Shown here: in pieces, positions 18,333-26,145 of the stretch
Layout of the letters: each line of letters opens with the position of its first letter
How positions within the stretch are numbered: the first letter of the stretch is position 1
Source of the DNA: Euryarchaeota archaeon UBA53
Lineage (GTDB): Archaea > Thermoplasmatota > Poseidoniia > Poseidoniales > Poseidoniaceae
Length of the DNA stretch: 43,778 nucleotides
NCBI GenBank assembly: GCA_002507425.1
Contig: DAZU01000114.1
Location: forward strand, 701 to 44,478
Direction of reading: 5' to 3'
Notes under the pieces: generated by a model
Told to the model about the DNA's origin: nothing
What the model saw: the letters and a program-made list of their open reading frames with translations, nothing else
Databases searched by the model: none
Made by a program: the position numbers and the translations under genes

Positions 18333-18923
18333 ATGCAAAATAACGAATATGACATTCAGGAATTACTCCAAAGGGATGTTTATGTAAATGACACAAAAGT
18401 AGGGGTGATTGTCGGTGAAAGACACCACCCTAATGAAGCAAGAGTTAGATCAATGCGCATTATGGTAGAGCCTGGCGTTGCTGATGAATTTATGAGAAAG
18501 CCGGCTGAATTAGCGCCGCTTCACAAAGAATTAATCCACAGTATCAGGAATGATGGATCGGTAAAATTATCCAAATCTATGCGTGAACTACAACGAAGAT
18601 GGAGAAACACTGTCCGCATAGATGAAAAATTGTATGCACCAGATGAAATGATGGACAGAGCCGTCCTTGATAATCAAGGAATGGAGATTGGAGTTATTAC
18701 AGAGCTTGTGAAGATAAAGAGAACGTATAGAGCAGTAGTTGTGAAAACTCGGATTGGAGTTCAAATGCAATATGGTATTGATTCAACAATAAACATACCG
18801 ATTACTGCGCTTGCTAGAACAAGAGAACGTCTGGACGAAGTCGTCCTTTCAAGAACTTTTGATAAGTTACTCGGCCTGCCTTCTTACATTCAGGCTAATG
18901 ACCCCGACGCCACGGTTGAGTGA
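18333..18923 (+). CDS. Protein with two PRC-barrel-like segments
   Basis: Two segments fit the PRC-barrel pattern (V-x-d-x-x-G-x-x-iG-x-v ... vvv): RDVYVNDTKVGVIVGE...RIMVEPG and RAVLDNQGMEIGVITELV...AVVVKT...INIPITAL. AGGAG precedes the ATG. Confidence 0.5.
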   Translation: MQNNEYDIQELLQRDVYVNDTKVGVIVGERHHPNEARVRSMRIMVEPGVADEFMRKPAELAPLHKELIHSIRNDGSVKLSKSMRELQRRWRNTVRIDEKLYAPDEMMDRAVLDNQGMEIGVITELVKIKRTYRAVVVKTRIGVQMQYGIDSTINIPITALARTRERLDEVVLSRTFDKLLGLPSYIQANDPDATVE

Positions 18924-18972
18924 TACATACCGTCGTCTTTATGATGGGATGGCCGGTCGCTGACTTACCTTT

Positions 18973-19046
18973 GCGCGGGTAGCTTAGTCGGCTGGAGCAC
19001 CCGGCTGATAACCGGGAGGTCGCAGGTTCGAGTCCTGCCTCGCGCA
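18973..19046 (+). tRNA. tRNA-Ile (GAU)
   Basis: Acceptor GCGCGGG/CTCGCGC (one G-U pair), anticodon stem CCCGG/CCGGG with loop CTGATAA, T-arm GCAGG-TTCGAGT-CCTGC. 74 nt, with encoded CCA at 19047-19049. Confidence 0.9.
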
Positions 19047-19153
19047 CCATGAACAAGCCTTACTTTCAGAGGCTAAAATCGATAAAATGTGCTTTTTATT
19101 CTCGCCATAGATAATGAGAATCCTCATTTAGCACCCCTGTGAGCCACTACAAC

Positions 19154-20089
19154 ATGGTAGTGGTGTCTGGCAGTAACTCTCAGAGCCTTGCCGAAGACCT
19201 TGCGAATGAGTTGGGTTGGGAACACCACTCTCTTGAAGCCAGAAGATTTCCGGATTCCGAGGGATACATCAGAATACCAGAAGACGCAATTGAGGCTGTG
19301 CGAAAAGAACCGGTCGTTTTAGTTTCGAATACATTTCCCGATGCTGGAATTGTAGAAACCCTGCTCTTACTAGAGGCCTTGAAGGATGTAAGAGAGGGTA
19401 GATTGGAGAATCTCAAAGGAATTGGGCCACAAAAGTTAGATTCTGTCGGATCTGGAGTAATTGTTGCTATTCCATATTTCGGATATTCACGACAGGACAA
19501 GAGATTCAGGCCTGGAGAAGCAATAAGTGCTAGAGCAATAGGAAAACTATTAGCAGACCATTGTGATGGCATCGTTGTTTTCGATTTACATGCTCCTGAA
19601 GCGCTAAAGGATATGTCGATACCTGTCGCTTTCACCTCTGCAATGCCAGAGATAGCGGAACATCTGCAAAAAGAAATTTCTCCTGACTTCATATTATCAC
19701 CTGACAAAGGAGCGATAAAAAGAGCCAGTGAGGTAGCAAAAGCAATCAATAAGCCTTTTTCGTATTTAGAAAAAGTGAGAATTGATGCTCATACCATAAT
19801 TCACAAAGCAAAGGACTTGGACGTCAAAGGAAAAGTTGTAGCGATTGTGGATGATATGATTGCAACAGGGGGAACTATTTGCAAGGCTGCTGATGCATTA
19901 AGAAGCCAGGGAGCCATCGAAGTACATGCAGCATGCACTCATGGATTATTTACTGGCGGAGCCATCGACAGGTTGAGTAATCATGTCGATGGAGTTCATG
20001 CAACTTCTAGTCTTGCAAACAGTAGAGCGGTAATTTCAGGCGGTGCAGCATTGGCTAGAGGTGTCCGCCAACTCTTGCAAAACCAGTAA
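19154..20089 (+). CDS. prs: Ribose-phosphate pyrophosphokinase (PRPP synthetase)
   Basis: PYFGYSRQDKRF and the PRPP-binding loop IVDDMIATGGTI. The track start is GTG 19139. ATG 19154 (MVVVSGSNS) matches the usual N-terminus. Confidence 0.9.
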   Translation: MVVVSGSNSQSLAEDLANELGWEHHSLEARRFPDSEGYIRIPEDAIEAVRKEPVVLVSNTFPDAGIVETLLLLEALKDVREGRLENLKGIGPQKLDSVGSGVIVAIPYFGYSRQDKRFRPGEAISARAIGKLLADHCDGIVVFDLHAPEALKDMSIPVAFTSAMPEIAEHLQKEISPDFILSPDKGAIKRASEVAKAINKPFSYLEKVRIDAHTIIHKAKDLDVKGKVVAIVDDMIATGGTICKAADALRSQGAIEVHAACTHGLFTGGAIDRLSNHVDGVHATSSLANSRAVISGGAALARGVRQLLQNQ

Positions 20090-20174
20090 ATTGGAAATCT
20101 ACTTCCGACCCGTGGTGTTTATATTCGCGAGGCCGTGCGCAGCGTTGCTTCACATAAGCATGAGAGTGATTTCA

Positions 20175-20546
20175 ATGAGTGCACACGTGTCTTTTGAGAC
20201 CCCGAACGATGTCGCAGACAAGATCTACGAGATGGTCCAGGCTAACAACAACGGAAAAATGAAAAAAGGATCTAATGAGGTAACTAAAGCCGCTGAAAGA
20301 GGGACTGCAAAGTTCATCATCATGGCAGAGGATGTTAATCCACCCGAGTTACTAGCTCACATTCCTTTGATATGCGCAGAAAAGGGAATACCATACGGAT
20401 ACGTCCCAAGCCAAGAATTTCTAGCAAAGGAAGCTGGCATGCCGAATGGTGTGAAAACCGCTTCCCTTGCTTTACTCGAAGTTACCAAATCCGCCCAAGA
20501 AAAATTCAGCGAAGTCGTTGAGTTGGTCAAAGGGCTTTCAAGTTGA
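20175..20546 (+). CDS. rpl7ae: Ribosomal protein L7Ae
   Basis: KKGSNEVTKAAERGTAKFIIMAEDVNPPELLAHIPLICAEKGIPYGYV is a typical L7Ae/L30e core. The track ORF (20043) overlaps the prs 3' end, so I use ATG 20175 (MSAHV). TTTATATT (20118-20125) is a plausible TATA box. Confidence 0.93.
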   Translation: MSAHVSFETPNDVADKIYEMVQANNNGKMKKGSNEVTKAAERGTAKFIIMAEDVNPPELLAHIPLICAEKGIPYGYVPSQEFLAKEAGMPNGVKTASLALLEVTKSAQEKFSEVVELVKGLSS

Positions 20547-20574
20547 AAATGCAACTGCCTTGGAGAGATGAAAA

Positions 20575-20799
20575 ATGTCGGAAGAACTAGGTGGATGGCC
20601 TGCTGAGGTCGTTGAAGTTGTTGGAAGAACTGGAATGACTGGAGAAGCTACTCAAGTAAAAGTTCGTGTAAATGATGCACCTAATCCTAGAGATGTAGGA
20701 CGAATCATAACAAGAAACGTTGTAGGGCCAGTAAGAGTGGGCGATATTCTGATGCTAAGAGACACCGGAAGAGAAGCCCGCAAACTGAATTACAGGTGA
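20575..20799 (+). CDS. rps28e: Ribosomal protein S28e
   Basis: [16 protein letters not shown] ... [26 protein letters not shown] matches S28e. GGAGAG lies upstream. Confidence 0.93.
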   Translation: MSEELGGWPAEVVEVVGRTGMTGEATQVKVRVNDAPNPRDVGRIITRNVVGPVRVGDILMLRDTGREARKLNYR

Positions 20800-20803
20800 T
20801 GAA

Positions 20804-20992
20804 ATGCCAGAACAAAGAATTTGCAGTTTTTCGGGAGAGATAATTGAACCAGGCACTGGATTGATGTTCATCAGAAGAGACGGAACTGTCCAGTGGTTTG
20901 CTAATAGTAAAGCTAGGAAGAACGCCGTTAAATTGAAGCGAAATTCTCGAACTGTAAAGTGGACTCGCCACTATGTAAAAGGCGGAATTTGA
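20804..20992 (+). CDS. rpl24e: Ribosomal protein L24e
   Basis: CSFSGEIIEPGTGLMFIRRDGTVQWF.NSKARKN is the L24e pattern. It starts 4 nt after the S28e stop. Confidence 0.9.
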   Translation: MPEQRICSFSGEIIEPGTGLMFIRRDGTVQWFANSKARKNAVKLKRNSRTVKWTRHYVKGGI

Positions 20993-21065
20993 GTATTACA
21001 AACTCCTGTTTGCAATCGCTGCGCTCATATAGAGTATGTTAGTCGGTTGAATTGGTGGAATATCT

Positions 21066-21512
21066 ATGCAGACTACGTATATCATGGTCAAGCCTGATGG
21101 AGTGCAAAGAGGGCTTGTTGGAGAAATAATTCAAAGATTTGAGAGAAAGGGCTTGAAACTTGTAGGACTAAAGCAAATCATCCCGGGTGAGAAAATTGCA
21201 AGAGAGCATTATGCCGTTCACTCTGAAAGGCCATTTTTCCCAGGGCTGATTAAATTCATTACATCAGGACCGGTAGTTTGCATGGCTTGGCATGGTAAGG
21301 ATGCAATCAGTGTCGCAAGAAATCTAATTGGACCAACAAATGGAAGAGAAGCTCTTCCCGGAACAATCAGAGGAGATTTCGGAATGGATATTGGATATAA
21401 CATGATTCACGGATCCGATGCCCAAGAAACTGCGGAATTCGAATTAGGACTATGGTTTCCAGAAGGAATCAATGACTGGAAACAGGATAGTCAATCTTGG
21501 GTTTACGAGTGA
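21066..21512 (+). CDS. ndk: Nucleoside diphosphate kinase
   Basis: [24 protein letters not shown] and the active-site NMIHGSD motif. Confidence 0.95.
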   Translation: MQTTYIMVKPDGVQRGLVGEIIQRFERKGLKLVGLKQIIPGEKIAREHYAVHSERPFFPGLIKFITSGPVVCMAWHGKDAISVARNLIGPTNGREALPGTIRGDFGMDIGYNMIHGSDAQETAEFELGLWFPEGINDWKQDSQSWVYE

Positions 21513-21558
21513 TTAATTTCCTAATTGCAAATTTAAAAATCCAATTGGAGGATTTAAT

Positions 21559-23397
21559 ATGGATAACCAGGATAACATTGAGGAAGAGGCCCTGCCTGAA
21601 ACCCAGAAAACGTTAGGTTGGCAGAGGCAGCCAATCGTCTCAGTGTTAGGTCATGTCGATCACGGGAAAACAAGTGTTCTGGACCACTTCAGATCACTTG
21701 GTAGCGAGCGTCAAGCTAGTGTTATGGACCGTGAAGCCGGTGGGATAACGCAACACATAGGTGCTACTGAGATACCGGCAAAAATTCTTAATGAAACATG
21801 CTCCATGATGACAGGAGGAAAGGATTTCAACAGTCCTGGTCTTTTATTCATCGATACTCCTGGACATCACTCATTCACAAGCCTTCGAAGTAGAGGCGGA
21901 GCACTCGCAGACATTGCGATACTTGTTGTTGATGTGATGGAAGGATTGCAGCCACAAACTATCGAGAGCTTGAGGATTTTAAGGGATAAAAAAACCCCAT
22001 TTGTGGTCGCTGCAAATAAAGTGGACAGAATACATGGATGGATGACAAAAGAGGGGCGATCATTTATCGATTCATGGTCAGAGCAAAGAGATGATGTCAA
22101 ACAATTTTTTGAAGAAAAATATTGGAAATTACTGGGACAATTTAGCGAACATGGATTCAATATTGAGAGGTATGACAAGATTAGGGACTTCAAATCTAAT
22201 TTGGCCATGGTGCCCTGTTCTGCTAAAGACGGAGAAGGTTTACAAGACCTGTTAACTGTAACAGTTGGACTCGCTGAGAGATTTTTAGAGGATAGATTGC
22301 GAGACACATTAGGTAATGGTGAGGCAACAGTTCTTGAAATGAAAGATGAGAGAGGGTTGGGAAAGACAGTGGATGTTATTCTAAATAGGGGCGAATTAAA
22401 CGTCGGAGATAGTATAACACTGGTTGGCAGCGATGGACCTTTTTCTACCCACATAAAAGGAATGTTTAGACCAAAAGGTATGGCTGAGATGCGAGATGCA
22501 GGAGATAGATGGGAAGCTTGTGAGAAGGCTGTTGCTGCATGTGGTCTGAAAATTATTGCACCCGGCCTTGAGAACGTTCTGGCTGGAACTACATTACGTC
22601 AGACTAACACCACGAAGGCTAAAGATTTAGCAAATCAAGAGGCTCGAAAAGAGGCAACAATTTCCGTAGGGATTGCAGAAGACGGTGTTGTGATTAAAGC
22701 TGATACAGTTGGGGGGCTTGAGGCACTAGCCTTCGAGCTTGGAAAATTGGAGATACCAATACGCATGGCAACCGTCGGCCCAGTTAACAAGAGAGACATC
22801 ATAACGGCACAATGTGCTGAAGACCCTCTGAATCAGATAATCCTAGGTTTTTCAGTAAAAGGCAATTCAGAAGTCCAGCCAAAATTATCAGGCGATGATG
22901 CTGAAATAAAATTCATACATGCAGACATAATTTACAAGATAATAGAGGACTTTGAAACTTGGAGAGAAGAAACAAAAGCAAGTATCGAAGCTGCCGCAAG
23001 AGAGAATCTGGTTTATCCTGGCCACTTACTATATCTCGAGGATCACACTTTCAGGAACAAGGGACCAGCAATTGTAGGTATGAGGGTTTTAGGTGGTAGA
23101 GTGCATATCGGGCAGAGAATCATGAAACTCGACGGAACCCAAATCGGACAGATAAAGAGCCTGAGAACAAGAGGTAGTGAGGATGTTAAAGAGGGACGAC
23201 AAGGCGAGGAATTGGCTGTCGCAGTAATGGGTCCAACCGTTGGCAGACACATAGATGAGGGTGACGAATTTTGGGTAGATATTCCCGCATCCCATGCTAA
23301 AAGGCTAAGAAAATTAGACCTAACCCCCATTGAGGAAGAAATTTTAGAACAAATTACGCTCCTTCACAGGAAAAACGACCACTTTTGGGGGAGATAG
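21559..23397 (+). CDS. infB: Translation initiation factor aIF5B (IF-2 family GTPase)
   Basis: G1 GHVDHGKTS, G3 DTPGH and G4 NKVD. 612 aa with no intein-sized insertion. GGAGG lies before the ATG. Confidence 0.95.
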   Translation: MDNQDNIEEEALPETQKTLGWQRQPIVSVLGHVDHGKTSVLDHFRSLGSERQASVMDREAGGITQHIGATEIPAKILNETCSMMTGGKDFNSPGLLFIDTPGHHSFTSLRSRGGALADIAILVVDVMEGLQPQTIESLRILRDKKTPFVVAANKVDRIHGWMTKEGRSFIDSWSEQRDDVKQFFEEKYWKLLGQFSEHGFNIERYDKIRDFKSNLAMVPCSAKDGEGLQDLLTVTVGLAERFLEDRLRDTLGNGEATVLEMKDERGLGKTVDVILNRGELNVGDSITLVGSDGPFSTHIKGMFRPKGMAEMRDAGDRWEACEKAVAACGLKIIAPGLENVLAGTTLRQTNTTKAKDLANQEARKEATISVGIAEDGVVIKADTVGGLEALAFELGKLEIPIRMATVGPVNKRDIITAQCAEDPLNQIILGFSVKGNSEVQPKLSGDDAEIKFIHADIIYKIIEDFETWREETKASIEAAARENLVYPGHLLYLEDHTFRNKGPAIVGMRVLGGRVHIGQRIMKLDGTQIGQIKSLRTRGSEDVKEGRQGEELAVAVMGPTVGRHIDEGDEFWVDIPASHAKRLRKLDLTPIEEEILEQITLLHRKNDHFWGR

Positions 23398-23496
23398 TTT
23401 TCATCATTATTCTCATCTAGTTTACGACTTGGGGACGCAATACTTTGAAGTATGGTAGGTTTTGGTTGTCGTTTTGTACCAAGAGAGGTTAGTAGT

Positions 23497-24504
23497 ATGA
23501 ATGCGGGATTCCAGACAGGGGCACCAACAGGTGACCACCGAACAAAAGACCTTATCGCTACCGTTTCGTCTATTACGAACTCACTAATGGGTGAGGTATC
23601 GAAAGTAATTATCGGAAAGAATGAAAATTTGAGAAGAGTTACAGTAGGAATTCTATCAAACGGAAACATGCTCCTAGAGGATTTTCCCGGACTTGCAAAA
23701 ACCCTTCTTGCAAACACATTTGCAAGGGCCTTAGGATGTAAGTTCAAGCGTGTCCAGTTTACTCCCGACCTGCTTCCAAGCGATATCATGGGTACATACA
23801 TGTATGATCAAAAATCTGGTGAATTCAAACTTAGAGCTGGACCACTGTTCTCCAACATACTCCTCGCTGACGAAATTAACAGAGCTCCTCCGAAAACGCA
23901 GGCAGCACTTCTTGAAGCAATGGAAGAAAAACAGGTAACAATCGAAGGTATCACACACAAACTACCTGCACCGTTTGTTGTTCTTGCTACACAGAATCCA
24001 ATTGAACAAGAGGGAACATATCCACTTCCAGAAGCTCAGATGGATAGATTCCTAATGAAGATGAGTATGGGTTACCCTGATCGTGCAGAGGAAAAAGCCA
24101 TTCTCGCTCGAAGAAAACTTCGAGGAAAGGACCAGCACGATGTTGAACAAATAACATCACCAAAAAAAGTCGTTGCTATGCAGAAAGCTCTTGAAACAGT
24201 CCATGTTGATCCAGCAATACTTTCATACATCGTAGAAATTGTTCAGCGAACTAGAGAAGACCATAGGGTTGTGAACGGAGCTTCACCTCGTGCGAGTCAA
24301 TCATTGTTCAAGTCGGGTCGCGCTGCGGCTGCGATAGATGGTAGAGATTATGTTATACCAGATGATATCAAAGGTATAGCACTTCAGATTATATCCCATA
24401 GAATTGTCATGAAACCCGAGGCTAAGATTCGGGGAATCACTGGTATGCACATTGTAAGAAAGATACTTTCCGAAGTTCCCGTACCTGTTATACAACAAGG
24501 ATGA
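23497..24504 (+). CDS. MoxR-family AAA+ ATPase
   Basis: Walker A variant LLEDFPGLAKT, Walker B plus sensor LLADEINRAPPKTQAALLEAMEEKQVTI, and VLATQNPIEQEGTYPLPEAQMDRF. GAGAGGT precedes ATG 23497. The track start at 23452 is also possible. Confidence 0.9.
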   Translation: MNAGFQTGAPTGDHRTKDLIATVSSITNSLMGEVSKVIIGKNENLRRVTVGILSNGNMLLEDFPGLAKTLLANTFARALGCKFKRVQFTPDLLPSDIMGTYMYDQKSGEFKLRAGPLFSNILLADEINRAPPKTQAALLEAMEEKQVTIEGITHKLPAPFVVLATQNPIEQEGTYPLPEAQMDRFLMKMSMGYPDRAEEKAILARRKLRGKDQHDVEQITSPKKVVAMQKALETVHVDPAILSYIVEIVQRTREDHRVVNGASPRASQSLFKSGRAAAAIDGRDYVIPDDIKGIALQIISHRIVMKPEAKIRGITGMHIVRKILSEVPVPVIQQG

Positions 24505-24586
24505 TTGCTCCTCACAAAATGCTATCCTTTACAGGGGAGGACTTTACTGGCTGGTTTACCGAGTGTTAAGGAAAGGAGGGGTATGA

Positions 24587-25555
24587 TTGAATCCATACAA
24601 GATGGTTGTCGCAGTTGCTAATCAAAAGGGCGGATGTGCGAAAACAACAACAGCAGTCAATCTTGCTGCTGCATTATCAAAGGGTTCCAGTAAATTCAAA
24701 CTTCCACCATCTAAAGTGCTGTTAATTGATTTAGATCCACAGGGTAATTGTGCGACGTCATTTGGCGTTGAGAAGAAGAAAATAAAGAAAACCGCATATG
24801 ATTTACTAGTTAATGATGGGGGAGAAGACCTACCTTTGATGGAGGAATATCTGATATCACCTGAAGAACTTACAAACTCCATGAAGAAAGCCTGGAGTAA
24901 GCGTAATGAAAACGCAAAGAGGATTCCAAATGACTTGAGAGTTGACAATTTATGGCTTCTACCAAGCGATATACATCTTTCTGGTGCAGAAATCGAATTA
25001 AGTCATAGAATTGGTCGTGAAACTAGGCTCAGAGAGGCCCTTGCGCCTGTAATAGACAAATTTGACCACATAATTATCGATACGCCTCCTTCCTTGGGTT
25101 TATTATCAATCAATGCATTGTGTGCAGCAAATTGGGTGTTCATTCCTGTACAGGCTGAATACTATGCTCTAGAAGGTTTCAGCATGCTAATGAATAGCGT
25201 CAAAATGATTCAGAAGAGAATTAATCGCAATTTGAAGATTTTTGGTGTTGCAATGACAATGGTGGACCAAAGATCCAAATTATCGCTCCATGTTTGTGAT
25301 GAAGTAGAGGCTAAAATTCCTCGTAAGGTGTTCAAGACACCAATACGAAGACTGGCTAAGGTTGCAGAGGCAGCTTGGACGGGCGCTCCAACTGTCATCC
25401 TAAACAAGCCTAGTAACAGCGGTGCTGGAGCTGGCAGCAGAGAATATTGGTCTTTGACAAAAGAGTATCATGAAAGGGTTCTAGAAATGAGAAGGCAGTT
25501 TGGTGTAACTGAACATCCAAGATTACTATTGGAAAAACAAGGCCGAGAGTTCTAA
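24587..25555 (+). CDS. Soj/ParA-type partition ATPase (SegA-like), with an internal insertion and C-terminal extension
   Basis: Deviant Walker A VANQKGGCAKTTTAVNLAAAL, LIDLDPQGN, IIIDTPPSLGLLSINAL and PVQAEYYALEG are collinear with chromosomal Soj. GGAGG lies 7 nt before TTG 24587, and ATG 24602 is the alternative. About 35 extra residues fall between the LIDLDPQGN segment and LLPSD. Confidence 0.88.
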   Translation: MNPYKMVVAVANQKGGCAKTTTAVNLAAALSKGSSKFKLPPSKVLLIDLDPQGNCATSFGVEKKKIKKTAYDLLVNDGGEDLPLMEEYLISPEELTNSMKKAWSKRNENAKRIPNDLRVDNLWLLPSDIHLSGAEIELSHRIGRETRLREALAPVIDKFDHIIIDTPPSLGLLSINALCAANWVFIPVQAEYYALEGFSMLMNSVKMIQKRINRNLKIFGVAMTMVDQRSKLSLHVCDEVEAKIPRKVFKTPIRRLAKVAEAAWTGAPTVILNKPSNSGAGAGSREYWSLTKEYHERVLEMRRQFGVTEHPRLLLEKQGREF

Positions 25556-25566
25556 GTGTAACTGAA
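25503..25566 (+). repeat. Exact 11-bp direct repeat GTGTAACTGAA (25503-25513 and 25556-25566) straddling the parA-like stop codon
   Basis: Read directly from the sequence. The spacing is 53 bp. A degenerate third copy GTGTAAG lies at 25661, which is 105 bp further on. Confidence 0.6.
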
Positions 25567-25629
25567 ATATGCAGTAACAAGTATTCATCTCACGCGGGTT
25601 TCAAGTAGTGCAAAGTTCCATCACAACAT

Positions 25630-25875
25630 ATGGCAGCAGGAGAAGGTATGACCTCTGTATGTGTAAGTTATGAAGTGCGCAGACAACTAAATACACTCAG
25701 AACGATGAATGGACACAAAAGTGTTGATACATTTCTCGCCGAGATGATTAGATCTTACAAATTATCGACGATGAATGGGGAACTAGATTCTCTTAGAGAA
25801 CAGATGAAAGAGGTTGCAGATGTTAGCGCAGAGCATCTTGTTCAAAGGCTCAACTTAGCTCCATTCAAAATTTGA
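25630..25875 (+). CDS. Ribbon-helix-helix (CopG/Arc/MetJ-like) DNA-binding protein, candidate partition adaptor
   Basis: TSVCVSYEVRRQLNTLRTMNGHKSVDTFLAEMIRSY fits the strand / helix A / G-x-S turn / helix B pattern of RHH folds. GGAGAAGG precedes the internal ATG 25648, which may be the true start. Confidence 0.5.
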   Translation: MAAGEGMTSVCVSYEVRRQLNTLRTMNGHKSVDTFLAEMIRSYKLSTMNGELDSLREQMKEVADVSAEHLVQRLNLAPFKI

Positions 25876-25884
25876 GGTGTTTGA

Positions 25885-26145
25885 ATGGATTGGAAACCGT
25901 CCGGTTACAAATTATCCACTCAGGACCTTGTCCATGCAATATTTGACAAGCACAGTGATGCTGGAAAAATGCTTATCAAAGCATGTTCGGGAGATATTGA
26001 ATTATTTGCTGCCCACAAAAGTTGGAATGCGATTTTGTGGTTGATTACAAGCATGATAAAAGCTGATGGTGAGTCTGTTTATTCTGGTGCGGAATTAGGC
26101 AAATTAAAGTCGAGTTTACCCATTTCATGGCACAAAAAGGTTTGA
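25885..26145 (+). CDS. Hypothetical 86-aa protein, third gene of the parA-like cluster
   Basis: GAGGTG lies 6 nt upstream of the ATG, and the gap to the RHH gene is 9 nt. No family recognised. Confidence 0.5.
   Translation: MDWKPSGYKLSTQDLVHAIFDKHSDAGKMLIKACSGDIELFAAHKSWNAILWLITSMIKADGESVYSGAELGKLKSSLPISWHKKV

Noticed and set aside
18092-18343. 83-aa ORF in the AT-rich spacer
   Set aside because: It has a TTG start, an Asn/Ile/Phe/Tyr composition driven by AT richness and no Shine-Dalgarno element. It overlaps the well-supported start of the next gene, so I treat it as non-coding spacer.
16777-19049. tRNA genes (Gly, Ile, and Leu at 36615-36696) as integration sites for mobile elements
   Set aside because: There is no integrase, transposase or phage-like gene nearby. 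I noticed no duplicated tRNA 3' halves, and the flanking genes are housekeeping-like with uniform composition.
19180-19749. 189-aa minus-strand ORF antisense to prs; similarly 21867-22454 antisense to infB, 23364-23801 antisense to moxR, and 34435-35016 and 35651-36157 over the ATPase/HAD genes
   Set aside because: All are fully overlapped by genes with strong family signatures. They are Ser/Pro-rich shadow translations without start-site context.
20090-20174. Possible K-turn in the L7Ae 5' leader. L7Ae is known to autoregulate through such a motif in some archaea, and the leader contains GCAUGAGAGUGAUUUCAAUGAGUGC with several GA dinucleotides.
   Set aside because: I could not fold a canonical K-turn (C-stem, 3-nt bulge, tandem G-A/A-G) by hand, because an extra G disrupts the non-bulged strand. 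It is worth a proper covariance or fold search but is not supportable here.
20043-20174. N-terminal extensions implied by the ORF track (L7Ae from 20043, thermosome from 3443, aminotransferase from 6313, agmatinase from 13209, HAD from 35802 and others)
   Set aside because: Most use TTG/GTG codons, overlap upstream genes or add non-conserved residues ahead of the canonical family N-terminus. Internal ATGs with Shine-Dalgarno-like context fit better.
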